From the NCBI RefSeq assembly GCF_000181795.1, contig NW_003526943.1:10660789-10724788 (forward strand): 64,000 nt of DNA, given 5' to 3'. The notes under the pieces are model-generated. The model was given only the letters and a program-made list of their open reading frames with translations. It was not told the origin of the DNA and ran no database searches. The DNA comes from Trichinella spiralis (Eukaryota). The stretch's first letter is position 1, and each line of letters starts with the position of its first letter. Below, piece by piece: positions 1 to 13,400 of the stretch. Position numbers and translations under genes: made by a program.

Positions 1-3000
1 AAGGTTGTTGCAATTGATAAATTGCGTGCAGTGAAATTGGTATAATCTCTGTGCTTTGCTATATGGGCAAAAGATTTGCGTTGAATGATAAAATTGCTAA
101 GAAGCTAGCCAAGCTTGTGTTCATCATATGCAATGATGAATGTTATTTTCCGTTTTTTCGATTTTTTCTTCATGATCATTTATTATGATCATAAAATTCC
201 AACAGCTAATGGAAGCAGTTTTTTGCATAACTTTTAGATTTTAGCACACACACACATAGATGATGATGATGCTGATGATGACGTGACTGAAAATATATTG
301 AATACCGGAATGCAATACGAAGAAAATTATTGATGCCGACCAACAATCGCGCTATTTCTTGTCGGTCGACTGGAGAAACTCTTTGACGGGGCCAAAAAAA
401 GTGACAACAATGCTTCAGCTAACTGGCGATCTTGATCTTCCTCCGAAAGCTTGCAACAAGCAACCCAAAGCAAACATTAGCATCATTATCATCATCATCA
501 TCACTTTTCCAGCAGTAAAATCTGTTGAAAACCCTTCAACACTAAGATAATATTTGCTTGTAAAAAGAACATTTCTTCACACTTGTACAGAGGAATTTCA
601 TGTATATATTTTAGTTAAAAGTTATTTATAGTTTGTGATTTATTAATCATCATAATCAAACTGGAATTCATTGCAAATGAAGATATGCATGTAAATCATC
701 ATAATTTTCACAAAGCTCTGTTTCAACCCATTTTGAAATTTGAACTACACAACAATACCATGCATTTATTTATTAGAAAAAATTTAAAAAAAAGGAATTA
801 TGCTTTTTTCCATTGAAATATTATTATATAAAAATTATTATTTTCATTATTTTTTCTGTTTTAATAAGAGAATTCATTGATATTGCAACAGATGATTTAA
901 CCTTTATTCTATTAAGACCAATTTCAATAAGAATAAACCATTCAAGAAATTAAGTTTGAAATTTATTTTAAATTTCAATTTTTAATTATGAATTGAAAAA
1001 GACAGTTATTTTTATTTTTTATTTTAAAAACTCTTAAAAATTTGAAATGCAATTCTTATGATCAATTTCTTTTAATAAAATAGTATAATTAAAATGAGTA
1101 TAAAGCAATAACTGGCGTTTTTGTCGAATAAATAAACAACAACAACAACAATTATTTGCTTACGATTGTTTGTTTTGGGGAAAAATTAACTTTAATCACC
1201 TTAAGAATTGGAATTTCAATCGACAATTACATTAAATAATAAAAAGGCTTAAAATTGGAAAACATTTGTTCAAAGCCATGTAGAAGAAATCCATTTGAAA
1301 AAGAATAAAAAGATTCTTTTCAAAAAAGAAAAGAATGAAAATTTATAATGCGAATAAGCTGAAAAGCAGTTGATCCGCTGCATTCTTGAAAAAGAAAAAC
1401 ATTCACTTCAAATCAAATCGAGAAGATATTTTTTAAGCAACCAATAAATCCCCTAAACCAGATAATATTCAAATAAATAATATTCTAATCCAGGCTCTTA
1501 TTATTATTTTTACAAGTGACCAAAAATCATTATGTATATAATGGTTTATTCGACATTGAGCTTAAGAGATTTCATCCAAAGGATTATCATGCTGTCAAAA
1601 GTGTAACAAATTAATATGTTTCTTTTTTCATGCATAGTTTATAACATTATTGTTGTTGTTTCAAATGAAAAAAATTAAGTTATTCTGATGGCTTTTCTTT
1701 TTAATAATAAAAATAATTAAACTTTATCAATTGCATTAGTCATTCCATGAATAGATTTGACAAGATAAAAGTAGTATATATGAAATTAATCAAATATTTT
1801 TAATAATGAAAAAGATACGATTCAAATAAATTTTAAAATTTTATAAATTTCTAAAAAAATATTTTTTGTGAAAAAACGTTGGCTTTTGATTTGTTCAGAA
1901 AATGTTTACAATTTATTAGGAATAATTTTTTAAATAAATCTACATTTGTTGAGAATATTTATTATTGAAACTGAATTGAGAAATGGCTCTAAATTATGCA
2001 CAAATATCTGAACATACAACACGCATGCTTGATTTGAATAGAAATAATTTTGAATTTTATTTGATTTCAAAATTAAAATAAATCTTACGTCACAATATCA
2101 TCTTACGCCATTTATATTTGCATTTTATTTAATATTTTTGAAATTGACGATGCAATCTGAAACAAACAATTTTTCATAAAAGAATATTTTCTTCCAAAAA
2201 TACGAAAATAATTTTGCAATCACAGGTTGCTATATTTTTGTAACAAAAAATGATGAATAAAATGAAATTTTACAAAACCAACAATAATCATAAGAAAAAT
2301 AATAATAACAGATTTTTCAAGTTTACTCCATTGTTGCCTACATTCAGAGTTAAAAAGAAAAGAGACGATTTATTTATGCTGGCTTACCTTGAACTTTTTC
2401 AATTTTCAATATATTAAAATATTTTAAGGGTAAATTTAATGGTACAATCCTGTAAAATGAATTGTTTTATGAACATGTTAAATTGAAAATTTTAAAACAA
2501 ATATTTAATTCTAAACAAATTAACATCAGTAAAAACTGCAATAATAAATGTTGAATTGTAAAGTTGATTATAAATGCACACACACAATCAAACAAACATT
2601 TGAATTTTTTGTATTAAAATTTACAAAATAAAAGTTGCATATGCAAAAGTAAAAGCATACGTTAAATTGTTGTACTATTAAAAGAATTTTTTCTAATACT
2701 TATAATCTGCTTGTAATTTTGAACTGCTTTCTATTGAAAAGGCTTATTCATGATTTATTTAACAAGTTAAATTACACGTGAAGCATAAATTTGCACCCTT
2801 GAATCTATGTCATCAATCTTCTAATAATAGCATTTTATTTTATTTTATTTGAATTACAAAAGGAAAAATCAATGACATTTGCTGATTTTCAATATACATA
2901 TATTTATCTTTTCTTCTTTTAATTTTAACGTATTTATTTTGAATTATGATTTCACCCCTTTGAATGCTTTTCAAAATTTGCAAAATTTTCCAACTGATGT

Positions 3001-5644
3001 TTGTGTGATCGAATAAGCAGGTGGAAATTTGCTTCGCTATTTACCTGAAAAAGCGAGGAAAATTGGGCTAAAAGCGGACAAAAAAGAGTAGACAGAACTA
3101 CCAATTGTGATAATAACGGAATCAAATCAGCATAATTTCAAATATGATCAATATTTTGGGATTACATTTAAAAAAATTTCTTGAATTTTGAACTTTTGAA
3201 CAAATCACAACAAAATCATATAATTAACAATAAAGGGGAAGAGATGATGAATTTGAAAATGGGAAAAGCCGAAAATAAAGCGCCAATATTTCACATGTTA
3301 GTGCTAAATCGATGCAAGCGGTTAAGCTGTTTATGGAAATAGCTCGCCATGCTAAAGCTTCTTTACACGTGCACGTTCGTGTTGTTCACGACCGTTGCAC
3401 AACCTCTTGGGCATTGCAATTTGCAATTTGTTCACAATTGTAAATTTATGAAGCAAATTTTTGGCTAAACGATTCAAGCATTGGCTATTTTAAATTGAAA
3501 ATTTTTTTCTAACGAAAATGAGAATCAACAATACAAAATATGCAGTATTTTCAGTTGAAAAATTCATCATTGAAATTTATAAAAAATTCAACAGTTGCAT
3601 TATTTTATAAATTCTATTTGAGTAAATTATGAAAAGATGAAAAATTATTCATGTGAACAAATGGAATTGAAGTGGATTTTTAATATTTAACTTGTTTCTG
3701 TGATGGACAATCAAAAATTAAAAGCTTCTTCTTTTTGACTGAGTTTTAAAATAAATTTTTTTTTCTATTGTAAAAATTGAAATAAAAATATTTGAATAGT
3801 CAAAAAGGTTTACTTGAAAATGTTTTACCAAATTCAAGAAGTTGCTAAGAGAAAGGGATAAACGTTTGGATATTTCTTTTTTGCTTTTTTGCACATTTCA
3901 TTTACGTCATCAACATGTTTGCATCCAACTGCACAACTGTTTCATTAGATTATGTCTTTTATTTCTTTATTTATTGAACATACAATTTTTTATTTCAAAT
4001 TAAAATAATAATCAATAAAACTAATGATTCATAAAAAAATAAACAATAAAAAATAAATTTTACTCGAATAAGTTTTTGTTGATAACTGAAAATTTTATTT
4101 TCACAATGCAAAATGGTTGTTTGTGAAGTAGAAGTAAACAAAATAGAAGCGGCTTAATTGAAAGCTTATCACACACTCACACACTCCCACTACGGTGAAT
4201 CAGTCAGTGCAAATGCAAACCAATTATAATGTTGAACTTTACAATTTCATTTGCTTTTGTTAGAGCTGTTGTTGACATTTTCGTCCGTTCAAAATGTTGC
4301 CATGTAATAAAATTGCTATTAATGCATATTATCTATTTATTAAAGTATCATTATAATATAAATTTGAATAATGAGGAAAATATTCTTTTTATATTTCAGT
4401 AACATAAGCTGCTGCAGATGTTTGAACAAGAATGTTCAGAATTTAGTTTAATTATAAATGTGCTAATCGATGAAAGCAAAGCTTCTTTCCAGCATGCGCA
4501 TCGGCGTTCTCCATCTTTTTAAGACACGTGATTATTTTTGCTTCTCGAGAATTAAGTGACTTTTTAGCAAGACATTTTTGCTGTTTTGAACGAATTTAAA
4601 CATAATGTTAAATCTTTTCAATACATGTAAGTTATAGTTTAAACGAATATAATATCTATGTGCATTTTTATGTGGATAATAAAAATATAAAACAGTTCCG
4701 GATAATTTTAAAGTAAAAAAAACATTCATTTAAATTCTACAAACAATCGTTTCAATAATCAAAATATTTAAATTCATTTTCAACAGTTAAACATTTATTA
4801 AAAATTTGTTTTCTTTATACATTACAATTTCTGGAATATGATCATGGCTAATTATCCTAAACATAAAGGTTAATAAACCTAAGCAGGAAGAAATTTGTCA
4901 GAAATTAGGGAAAGAACAGAAACGACAGAAAGCGCTGCTCGAATGCAAAGTAATCCATCAACATTGCACGAAAATGAATCCCGTATCTCTGTAGAAACCA
5001 ACCCAAGGGAAAATAACAAGCTCTTGAGAAAGGTCCTACAAAAAATTAAAAGCAATGGGGCCAAAGCTGTATGAAATAAGGTGGGAACAAAACAGCAGAC
5101 GTCAGAAGGTTGTTCCTTTGAATCGTGACCGGAACAAAGATAAGAAGCACAACCGAAGTCAGGCAACAATCGATGAAGAGAGATTCAGACGAAAGACGCA
5201 GAGCCCCCATACTCCCGATAACTACATCTTATATTAAAATTAATACAGTCTGCGACAAGCTGTAAAGAAAAAGCAGGGTGATGTACAAATTTTCGCCCTT
5301 CTTTACGTACCTAAAAACCATTTGTAATACTGTATGTTGCTATTTCTACGGCTGGATTGGAACCCGTCAATGTGTTGACTATTGCATACCTAATACCTTG
5401 TGCATGTTTGCATACTGTTAGAACAGTAAATCGTTGTTCTGTTGTGCGCAATGCCTGGAAGGAAAATGGCGACAGCAACGAACGATAATGCCGGAAATGC
5501 AACAAAATTGTAAATATTTTAATGATAAATTAAAAAAACAGTACAATAATATAATGAACAATAATTTATTGATTCAAACATGAATTGCATATGATACATG
5601 TGATCTGATGAATAGAAATGAGAGCAAAATAATTTCAATAGAAA

Positions 5645-6206
5645 TCATTTTGGTTTTAACTGAAAGATTTTACAACAAAGATTGCCGTCCACCTGCAGTA
5701 CACCAGCTAAATTGGAAAACTGTCTGCAGTAATTAGGGGCGCTAAAGATGGTAACTAAATGGGCGTCAGCAAAAAATTCATAACCAGGATCAACCACTTG
5801 ATGCGCCCGTACTATGAGATCTATACGCATCTTCTCACAAAATTCTAGAATGACGTCTTCTCCAAATACATAACCAACGTTACGGGAACTGATTTCCCAG
5901 CCATTAATATTTCGGTCAGGATCTGACCACAACAGGTCCGCCAAGAGCCCTTGAAGCGGAATTTCCACCGGACGTTCAATTGATCGTATTTGATCAAAAG
6001 TTTCCAGATCTTTGGATAATCCTCCATGCATACAAAATATTTTACCAGATATTAGCCCTGCTACTGGCAAAAAATTGAACAAATGATTGAATTTAATATA
6101 AAGATCACGTGAATATCGATGGCGGACTTCTTCAAGAAATCCATATACACTGTTAACAGCTAAAGTTTCATGATTGCCACGAAGCAGGTAAACGGCATGG
6201 GGATTC
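5645..6206 (-). CDS. Ser/Thr protein phosphatase, PP1-like catalytic subunit (C-terminal part only; 5' part lost in assembly gap; no introns in visible part)
   Basis: Translation contains the PPP motifs LLRGNHE, IFCMHGGLS, DLLWSDP, IVRAHQVV and TIFSAPNYC in one uninterrupted frame ending at a stop at 5645-5647. An AATAAA lies about 75 nt downstream on the minus strand. Confidence 0.9.
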
Positions 6207-6788
6207 NNNNNNNNNNNNNNNNNNNNNNNNNNNNNNNNNNNNNNNNNNNNNNNNNNNNNNNNNNNNNNNNNNNNNNNNNNNNNNNNNNNNNNNNNNNNNN
6301 NNNNNNNNNNNNNNNNNNNNNNNNNNNNNNNNNNNNNNNNNNNNNNNNNNNNNNNNNNNNNNNNNNNNNNNNNNNNNNNNNNNNNNNNNNNNNNNNNNNN
6401 NNNNNNNNNNNNNNNNNNNNNNNNNNNNNNNNNNNNNNNNNNNNNNNNNNNNNNNNNNNNNNNNNNNNNNNNNNNNNNNNNNNNNNNNNNNNNNNNNNNN
6501 NNNNNNNNNNNNNNNNNNNNNNNNNNNNNNNNNNNNNNNNNNNNNNNNNNNNNNNNNNNNNNNNNNNNNNNNNNNNNNNNNNNNNNNNNNNNNNNNNNNN
6601 NNNNNNNNNNNNNNNNNNNNNNNNNNNNNNNNNNNNNNNNNNNNNNNNNNNNNNNNNNNNNNNNNNNNNNNNNNNNNNNNNNNNNNNNNNNNNNNNNNNN
6701 NNNNNNNNNNNNNNNNNNNNNNNNNNNNNNNNNNNNNNNNNNNNNNNNNNNNNNNNNNNNNNNNNNNNNNNNNNNNNNNNNNNNNNNN
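6207..6788. other. Assembly gap (N run), followed by homopolymer-rich, probably low-quality sequence to about 7260
   Basis: Run of N. The right flank has many inflated runs of G, T and A typical of poor read ends. Confidence 0.95.
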
Positions 6789-7310
6789 ATATAATTAGAG
6801 GTTTTTCCCCTTGGGGGGGGGGGTTTCTCCACACTTTGGTATAAAGCCGGTTTCACGTGTTTTTTTTTTTTGCTTGTTTTTTGATAAGGTGCTGGTGGGG
6901 ATTGAAAAAAATAAAAGGAAAAATTTTTAAAACTTTTTTTTTTTGGGGTTTTTTTTTTGAAGAAATTTAATATTTCCGCCCTTGAGAAAAGACCGCCCAT
7001 TTTGGGCACAATAAAATAAGGGAAATAATGGATAAAAAATTTTTTTTCCGGGAAATGCTGTTTCCGAGAAAAAAGTTAAAATCTCCCCCCACAATATAAT
7101 ATTTTAAAAATAAACCAGAATTTTCCAAAGAAAGGGCCAAAATTCCAACACACACAAATAAAATTTTGGAAATAAAAAAATATTTCCCTTTTTTTATGTT
7201 TCCGTCCATTATTATTAAAAGTTAAGTAATTCCTAAAGGGAATATTTTGACCCAAATGAAAGTGAAAAAATATTCCAGCTAATCACAACTGAAAAAGTTG
7301 ATTCAATGAG

Positions 7311-7455
7311 CCAATTAGACAAGGGAAACCCAATACGGAAAAGACTTCACGGCCCAATAAAATGAAAACCAATACGACAAAGATTTGACGGTCCAATAAA
7401 ATAGCGTGGGCAAAGACCAATAAGAGAAAAGCGGGACCGAGTAGTACCAAACCGT
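7311..7455. repeat. CCAAT-rich block with two imperfect 39-bp tandem units; promoter element or transposon subterminal region
   Basis: CCAAT at 7311, 7330, 7354, 7369, 7393 and 7417. Units ccaatacggaaaagacttcacggcccaataaaat (7330) and ccaatacgacaaagatttgacggtccaataaaat (7369). Confidence 0.55.
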
Positions 7456-7657
7456 TTTTAATTTTTGTTAATAATAAATTTTATAATTCACTTTAAACTA
7501 CTTTGAAATGCTTTAATTTTAACAGTAGCTTAAATTAAATTTTAAACAATTTGGCTTTTTAATATAGTTTGTTTAATGTGCATTTGATTACCTCAAAACG
7601 TTCTAGCCGCAGTGGTGCGCAGAAACGAAATTTTTCTTGAAAGCAGAGTTGATATCA

Positions 7658-8701
7658 ATGGAGCACATTACTCCCTCACTATTTACTAGCAATGAAGCTT
7701 CTTTGGAGTGTGGGAATTTTGTTTCAGTGAACTCAACATTACGGATAAAAGATGGTTCAATTTATTCTTTGTTGATCATTAACAAATCTCAGAAATATGC
7801 TATTTTTAATTTTGTTGAAATGGAGTCTAATGATTTGATTATAAACCCAGTGAATGATATAATTGAACCAAATGGTTTGAAATTTGTTCAAATTTCATTA
7901 CCACTAATAAGAATTTATGGTCCCAACTATTTAAAAACTCCTGTGAAAGTGATGCTGTATACTACGTTTGTCAGTGCACTCTTAATATATTCCATTGATA
8001 TTCGATCCATGCGGCGAGACATGAATGTCGATGACTCAGAAATTCATAAGAACAGCATCTTGATTTTTCCGCCTGCAGTGGATGTGGAAAAAATTCAAAG
8101 CAATGAAAATTTCGAGACAGAAATTGAAACAGTTGAAAGTAATGTTCAACAGTCTATTATTCAGGCGAATTACACAGGCAAGGCATCACTTGTTGATACG
8201 TTTGTTAAACAAGGTTCTAATTCTTCTGAAACCACTTGCGTTATCAATCCAACCCTGGAAAGTAGCAGTGTTGAAGACGTGAAACCAAAGGAAGTTGAAA
8301 AAGCAGATTGTGCAAATGAGGCATCAAATTTTTCTCATTCGAAATTTGAAATAATCATTTCAGACAATCAAACAGATTGTAACCCTGCAGTTGGAACAAG
8401 TGTATTTCTGAAGCATAAGCAAGGTATCATCAGCACACTTGATGACATCAAATATACCGCTGAACTGTTGGAGAAACAGGCTGAAAATGTGAAAAAACTG
8501 AATAAATTTCAGGAGCACAAAAGTCCTGAAACTAGTGTTCGAAAGAGAGCTGTTACTATAAAAAAAATACGGCAATTTGTTCCTGAAATGCACGTTCACC
8601 GTATGGAGCTGAAGCAAATTTCATCTCAGCAAATGTTAACTTTTGCTTTATTAGCTGTCATATTTTTGGTTCTTATTATTTTATATTTTTATAAAATTTA
8701 A
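7658..8701 (+). CDS. Intronless protein with divergent N-terminal MSP (major sperm protein)-like domain, low-complexity linker, short coiled-coil-like segment and C-terminal transmembrane anchor (VAP-like architecture)
   Basis: Open frame of about 347 codons from ATG 7658. LLIINKSQKYAIFNF...LIINPVNDIIEPNGLKFVQISL resembles the MSP-domain pattern. It ends in hydrophobic LTFALLAVIFLVLIILYFYKI. Confidence 0.7.
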   Translation: MEHITPSLFTSNEASLECGNFVSVNSTLRIKDGSIYSLLIINKSQKYAIFNFVEMESNDLIINPVNDIIEPNGLKFVQISLPLIRIYGPNYLKTPVKVMLYTTFVSALLIYSIDIRSMRRDMNVDDSEIHKNSILIFPPAVDVEKIQSNENFETEIETVESNVQQSIIQANYTGKASLVDTFVKQGSNSSETTCVINPTLESSSVEDVKPKEVEKADCANEASNFSHSKFEIIISDNQTDCNPAVGTSVFLKHKQGIISTLDDIKYTAELLEKQAENVKKLNKFQEHKSPETSVRKRAVTIKKIRQFVPEMHVHRMELKQISSQQMLTFALLAVIFLVLIILYFYKI

Positions 8702-10477
8702 CAAAATTCTTCTAATCGCTTATAATGCACGTTTATTTTCTTTTGTTGACTGCATTTACTTTATTCACAACATCTTTTATTATACAATTTAATCATGTAT
8801 TGAATCTCTCTTTGAATTTGATTCTTTGCTTAATATCTTTATTAATAGTTTGCATTGCTTTTATATGAAAATTTTTTTAAAAGTTTATTCATTTATTACT
8901 GGTAGATATCTATAATCAAATTCTAAACGTCATTCAGTTGTAATTACGTTTGACTGTGGCTTAAATGTAATATGTGCAGCTTTTCTTCATTGCTAATGGC
9001 AAATCTTAAGTAATGCTTCTTTGCATTGTTTAACAATATTTACATTGTTGAATAGCTGAATAAATGCTGATGCTGCTAAAATAAGATAAAATACAAATGA
9101 ATTTGACGTGATGTTTACCAATTTTTATCATTGTGCATTTCGAATTAAACTTTCAGAAAAGCAATACAAATTTTCTAATTAAATTTAAGGAAAGTAATTA
9201 ATAGCTATCACTTCTCTCAAATTTTAAATTTCAGATATTAAAATTTGTAACTAAATAAATTGCCAATTTTGACAACATTGAATGCTAAGGACTATTTTTA
9301 TGGACTAGCTCCCTCCATCAACATCCTTCAATGATTACGCATTTTACGAAGAAAGAACATTTTTTACAAGAGTTTAATTTTTACAATACGAAACTGACCT
9401 GGAAATTCTTCACTGTTTAAAGTGCATAAGGCTTTCCGTCACATTTATTATTAGCAATAAAACTGATTTCAAGCAAATTCTTTTATGCATTTGCATATTT
9501 TAATTTAAAATTAAAAAGCGCAACACATTTATTCATTCAGTTAACTTATAAATGCAAATAATTCAATCTGATTATTATCTGGGAAATAGTTATTCCTCAT
9601 TATATAATAAAATGATATTAGGAATGCTTTCAATTTAGTTAACAATGAAACAGCTTGTTTACTTTCCTGTAGATTTACTAATAACTACATATGTCATTTT
9701 TAAAAAGTTCATATAGCTAATCTAAATGCAGGTAGACATTATTTGTAAAAGGGTATGATTTTCAACTATGCTGAAATTGGAATTCACTTTAGTCGGAACA
9801 TTTTAACAAAAGATAAATGCGACAAATAACTAAAACGTTCTCAAAAAATCAATAAAAACAAAATAGTAAATGACATCAGTTTAAACGTTATTCAATTTTA
9901 TTACACTCTATTTCATGCTTGACAGCAAAATTCAAAAAGATTTTTAAAAAAGAACAATAACCCTTCTTATCCAGGGTTAAATTTCTACCATATTTCTAAA
10001 TTAAATCATTTAATCAAAAAATGATATGATTTATGGCACTGTTAATTAATGTCACATCAGTTTTTTATTTTTTCCCTATTGCATGAGAGCATAACAGAAG
10101 AGTAACACTGAATGAACATTTTATTTACAAAAAAAACTATATGTAAAATAAATTTCACAGTTTATGATTTAATTGATGGTATATAAAATGGAAAACAGTA
10201 CTTCATAATCAACAGTCAATAGTAAAAGAAAAAAAATTAAACATCGAAATTTGCACACGCTACTTGAAATTCAGTTTGAAGTTTGGAAAGCAAAAGCAAA
10301 AACAAACTGTTATTACCAATTAGGACTCTGTTTAAGAGAGAAAAAAGAACATATATATATATATATTTGATTGTATGAACTAAACATAAAATTTTTTGAT
10401 TTATAACTGATAATGTGTTTTATCATTAAAAAATTATTTATGTAAAGTAGAGTAAAAAATTTTATATGTAATCAGCT

Positions 10478-13400
10478 TTACAAAGCTGTCTGGTGAATTT
10501 TATAAAAGTTCATAACAGCTGTACAAAGCTTTCAGAGCTTCAAGCCGCTGTGCTGAATCTTTCAGTGGCAAATTTTCAGATAAATCGCTTGAAACAGACT
10601 CATACCTAAAACAAACGTGCAACCGAAATTATTGAAATAATATATATGCATATATATTGTTATCTGACAAGTACTTTTTCACTAGCCATTCGTGACGTTT
10701 TGAAATGTGTTTGCGAATCTGCTCAAATCTGGTCACGAACTGTAAATTTTCTTGAAAAGCAGCTTGAGCTACGTCAAGAACGGACAGCTGGCAAAAAATA
10801 GCAACAATATTGCAAAACGTATCGCTTGGTTTGGTATCTTTGAAATAAATCAACTGCCAAGCCAAACTCTGAAACCAATCAGCACTCTCGGTGACACTCT
10901 TCATTGTGCTTTGGTGCTGAAAAATCCCATTGCTGATTAGTTAATTTGTTTAAAACAATGAATCAACAAACAAACTAACCGAAGTGATCTGTTTCAAGCA
11001 TTTCATAACAATATCAATAATTATCGATGAATTGAAAGATCGATTCAACCTGTTCACCAAAGCTAACAATTTCTCAGCCGCATCCAACTGTACCATCCTT
11101 TTGCACATATCTTCAGATTCTTCGCTCAACTCATCTGCAAAGTATTCAAATTTATACGTCAAGAAAAAATAAAAATACATTTAATCTGAATCAAATTTTT
11201 ACTAAGACGTAACACCGCATTCTCTATGCAAACCAGACGATCACTTTCTACAATTGTTTTCAACAGATTTGAAATTTCATCATGCTGTGTTACAACATTC
11301 TAAATAGAAAGACAAATTAATAATTTCAATAATTAAAATCCTTCCTCATTGCATTGAAAAAGTGAAACTGCACCGAATTTGTATTCTTATGCAACAGCGT
11401 GTCATTTTGCAATACCGGCAACTCAGTGTCCAAACAGTTCGCTTGTTCAATTATTGAATCCATAACATCTAAAAGGAAAATCATTCATCAATACGTGCTT
11501 GAAATTGTTATAAATAAACAAACAAAAATTATATGATAATATTATTTTTTATCAAAAATTTCACTCACTCTGCTGCAGTGTCAAACAAGGGATTCGTCGT
11601 ATGATTCCATTCGATTTATTTTTCTCCTTCGCCTCTGCACTCATAATTTCTTCGAAAATGTTTCTCGTAGATGCATTCAGTATATCTGGTGAAAATAAAT
11701 TCAAATAAAGTAAAACGAAATACACTTGTTGTAAGAGTAGTTCTACCGGAATAGTTGAACGAGCTATTGTGAAGACGGTTCTGTATCGGTGTTTCGAAGT
11801 CAATGGAGGAGAATTTCAAAAAATTGAATGACAAAGAGTCATTTCTATTGGCCAGACGTTCGCATTCAGCTATGTACGGTGTCATCTGAAATTTGCTGTC
11901 CACTTCAATAGCACTGCGCATTGATTTCAACGATGGCGTTTCGAAATAATCTCTGATTTCTTTTATTACGAAATCTTCACTATCCTTGTCTGAAAGGTTG
12001 CTCGATTCTGTGTTATTCAATTTTTTCTCTGAATTTTCAGGCGACGAACCACATTCAGACGAACGTGCTGTTGGTTCAACCTGCACAGCCGCATCTGCAT
12101 CTTCAGTGGCATATTCCGTCGATGAACATTTTGCATGCAATTTTGATGTGTCAAAGTAACTGTTTATTGGAGAATATTCCAAAAGTTCGTTAAAGTTGAC
12201 GGCTGATTCACGCGTCTTCTTAAAATCACCCTGCAGATATGCAGAAATCAAAGAAGTACATGCTGTCTGATGGTGGGGTGATTTTGCTGATGCCAAATTC
12301 TGAAATTCAACATTCACTTCAGCTGCATTTTCACCAACAATTGTAGAATCAAATTTCGGCGTTTTTGTCAAACTGCCAAACTGTGGTGGCGACAAACAGT
12401 CCTCCGCCATGTTATTCATTGAAGTCTGATTTGCAGGAAATGATTCCCGTGGAATTTCAGTTAAATGTTTCAAATTGTCAACTGCCTCCATTAGAGACAC
12501 CGACTTGTCGGTTTTCAAAGGGATAAAATTCTGATCACAACGATCTGAACAGAACAACAATTCAGTCGGTCCCATGCATAGATCAGTACCATCCGTATCA
12601 ACATCGACGTTGCCTGGCTCGTTGAATGCAATAACTTCATCGTTGGATGGTTTCGAATCCGCTCCAGTCCGATCAGTCTGCTCATAATTGCAATTCCATG
12701 ACATTTGCATATTTAGCAAATTTTCAGAACTAACAGTAATATTGCTTTCACGTCGCACGTCAGCCGAAGAAGCACCATCACTGCATAATAATGCAGCCGA
12801 ACTTTGACCAGAGTCGTCTGAAAAATCTTCAAAATTTTCATTCGACAATGACAGAACTTTGGTGCTTCTGTAAAGTGGCTGTTGCCGTTCATCAAAATTC
12901 AATGGTGAATAACGTTTTTCTTCAAATGGACGAAATTCAAACATTTCCAACATATCAGAAAACTTGGGTAACTTTTCTATTAACAAAGACGGCGCTGGAC
13001 ATTCTGCTTCGTTCACAGCGTCCAATTCGGCAAATCCTCTTCCACTTGAACCACTGTACTTCAGTGCAGACGTTGAACTGGACAAAACTATTTAGGAAAA
13101 AAAATTACAAAATTATTTGTTAATATTTCTGCGTAGATTAAATTGCACAAGATGGAAATTTCAAACTTGAAGCGGTAGTTTCTGCCGGTGAACAACACTC
13201 TTCAATAACAATCCGTGGAATATCCGCCAAACTGATACTTTTCACTTCATCTACCGCGGGCAGTGCTAAAATTTCAATAATTATCCAACTGAAGATGGTG
13301 AACAACAAACATGCAAAAATGTTATTCACAAAAAAGACATTGCAATTTCAACATATTGCAAATTGAACTTTATCAAAAATATCTCGAACAGCATGTGCAA

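Noticed and set aside
335..372. Short GC-containing hairpin GCCGACCAACAA...TTGTCGGTCGAC
   Set aside because: Only about 10 of 12 bp pair and no recognisable RNA family matches.
5645..7009. 454-aa, 224-aa and related ORFs spanning the N run
   Set aside because: Artefacts of translating Ns. The N-terminal part comes from homopolymer-rich low-quality sequence, and only 5645-6206 is real PP1 coding.
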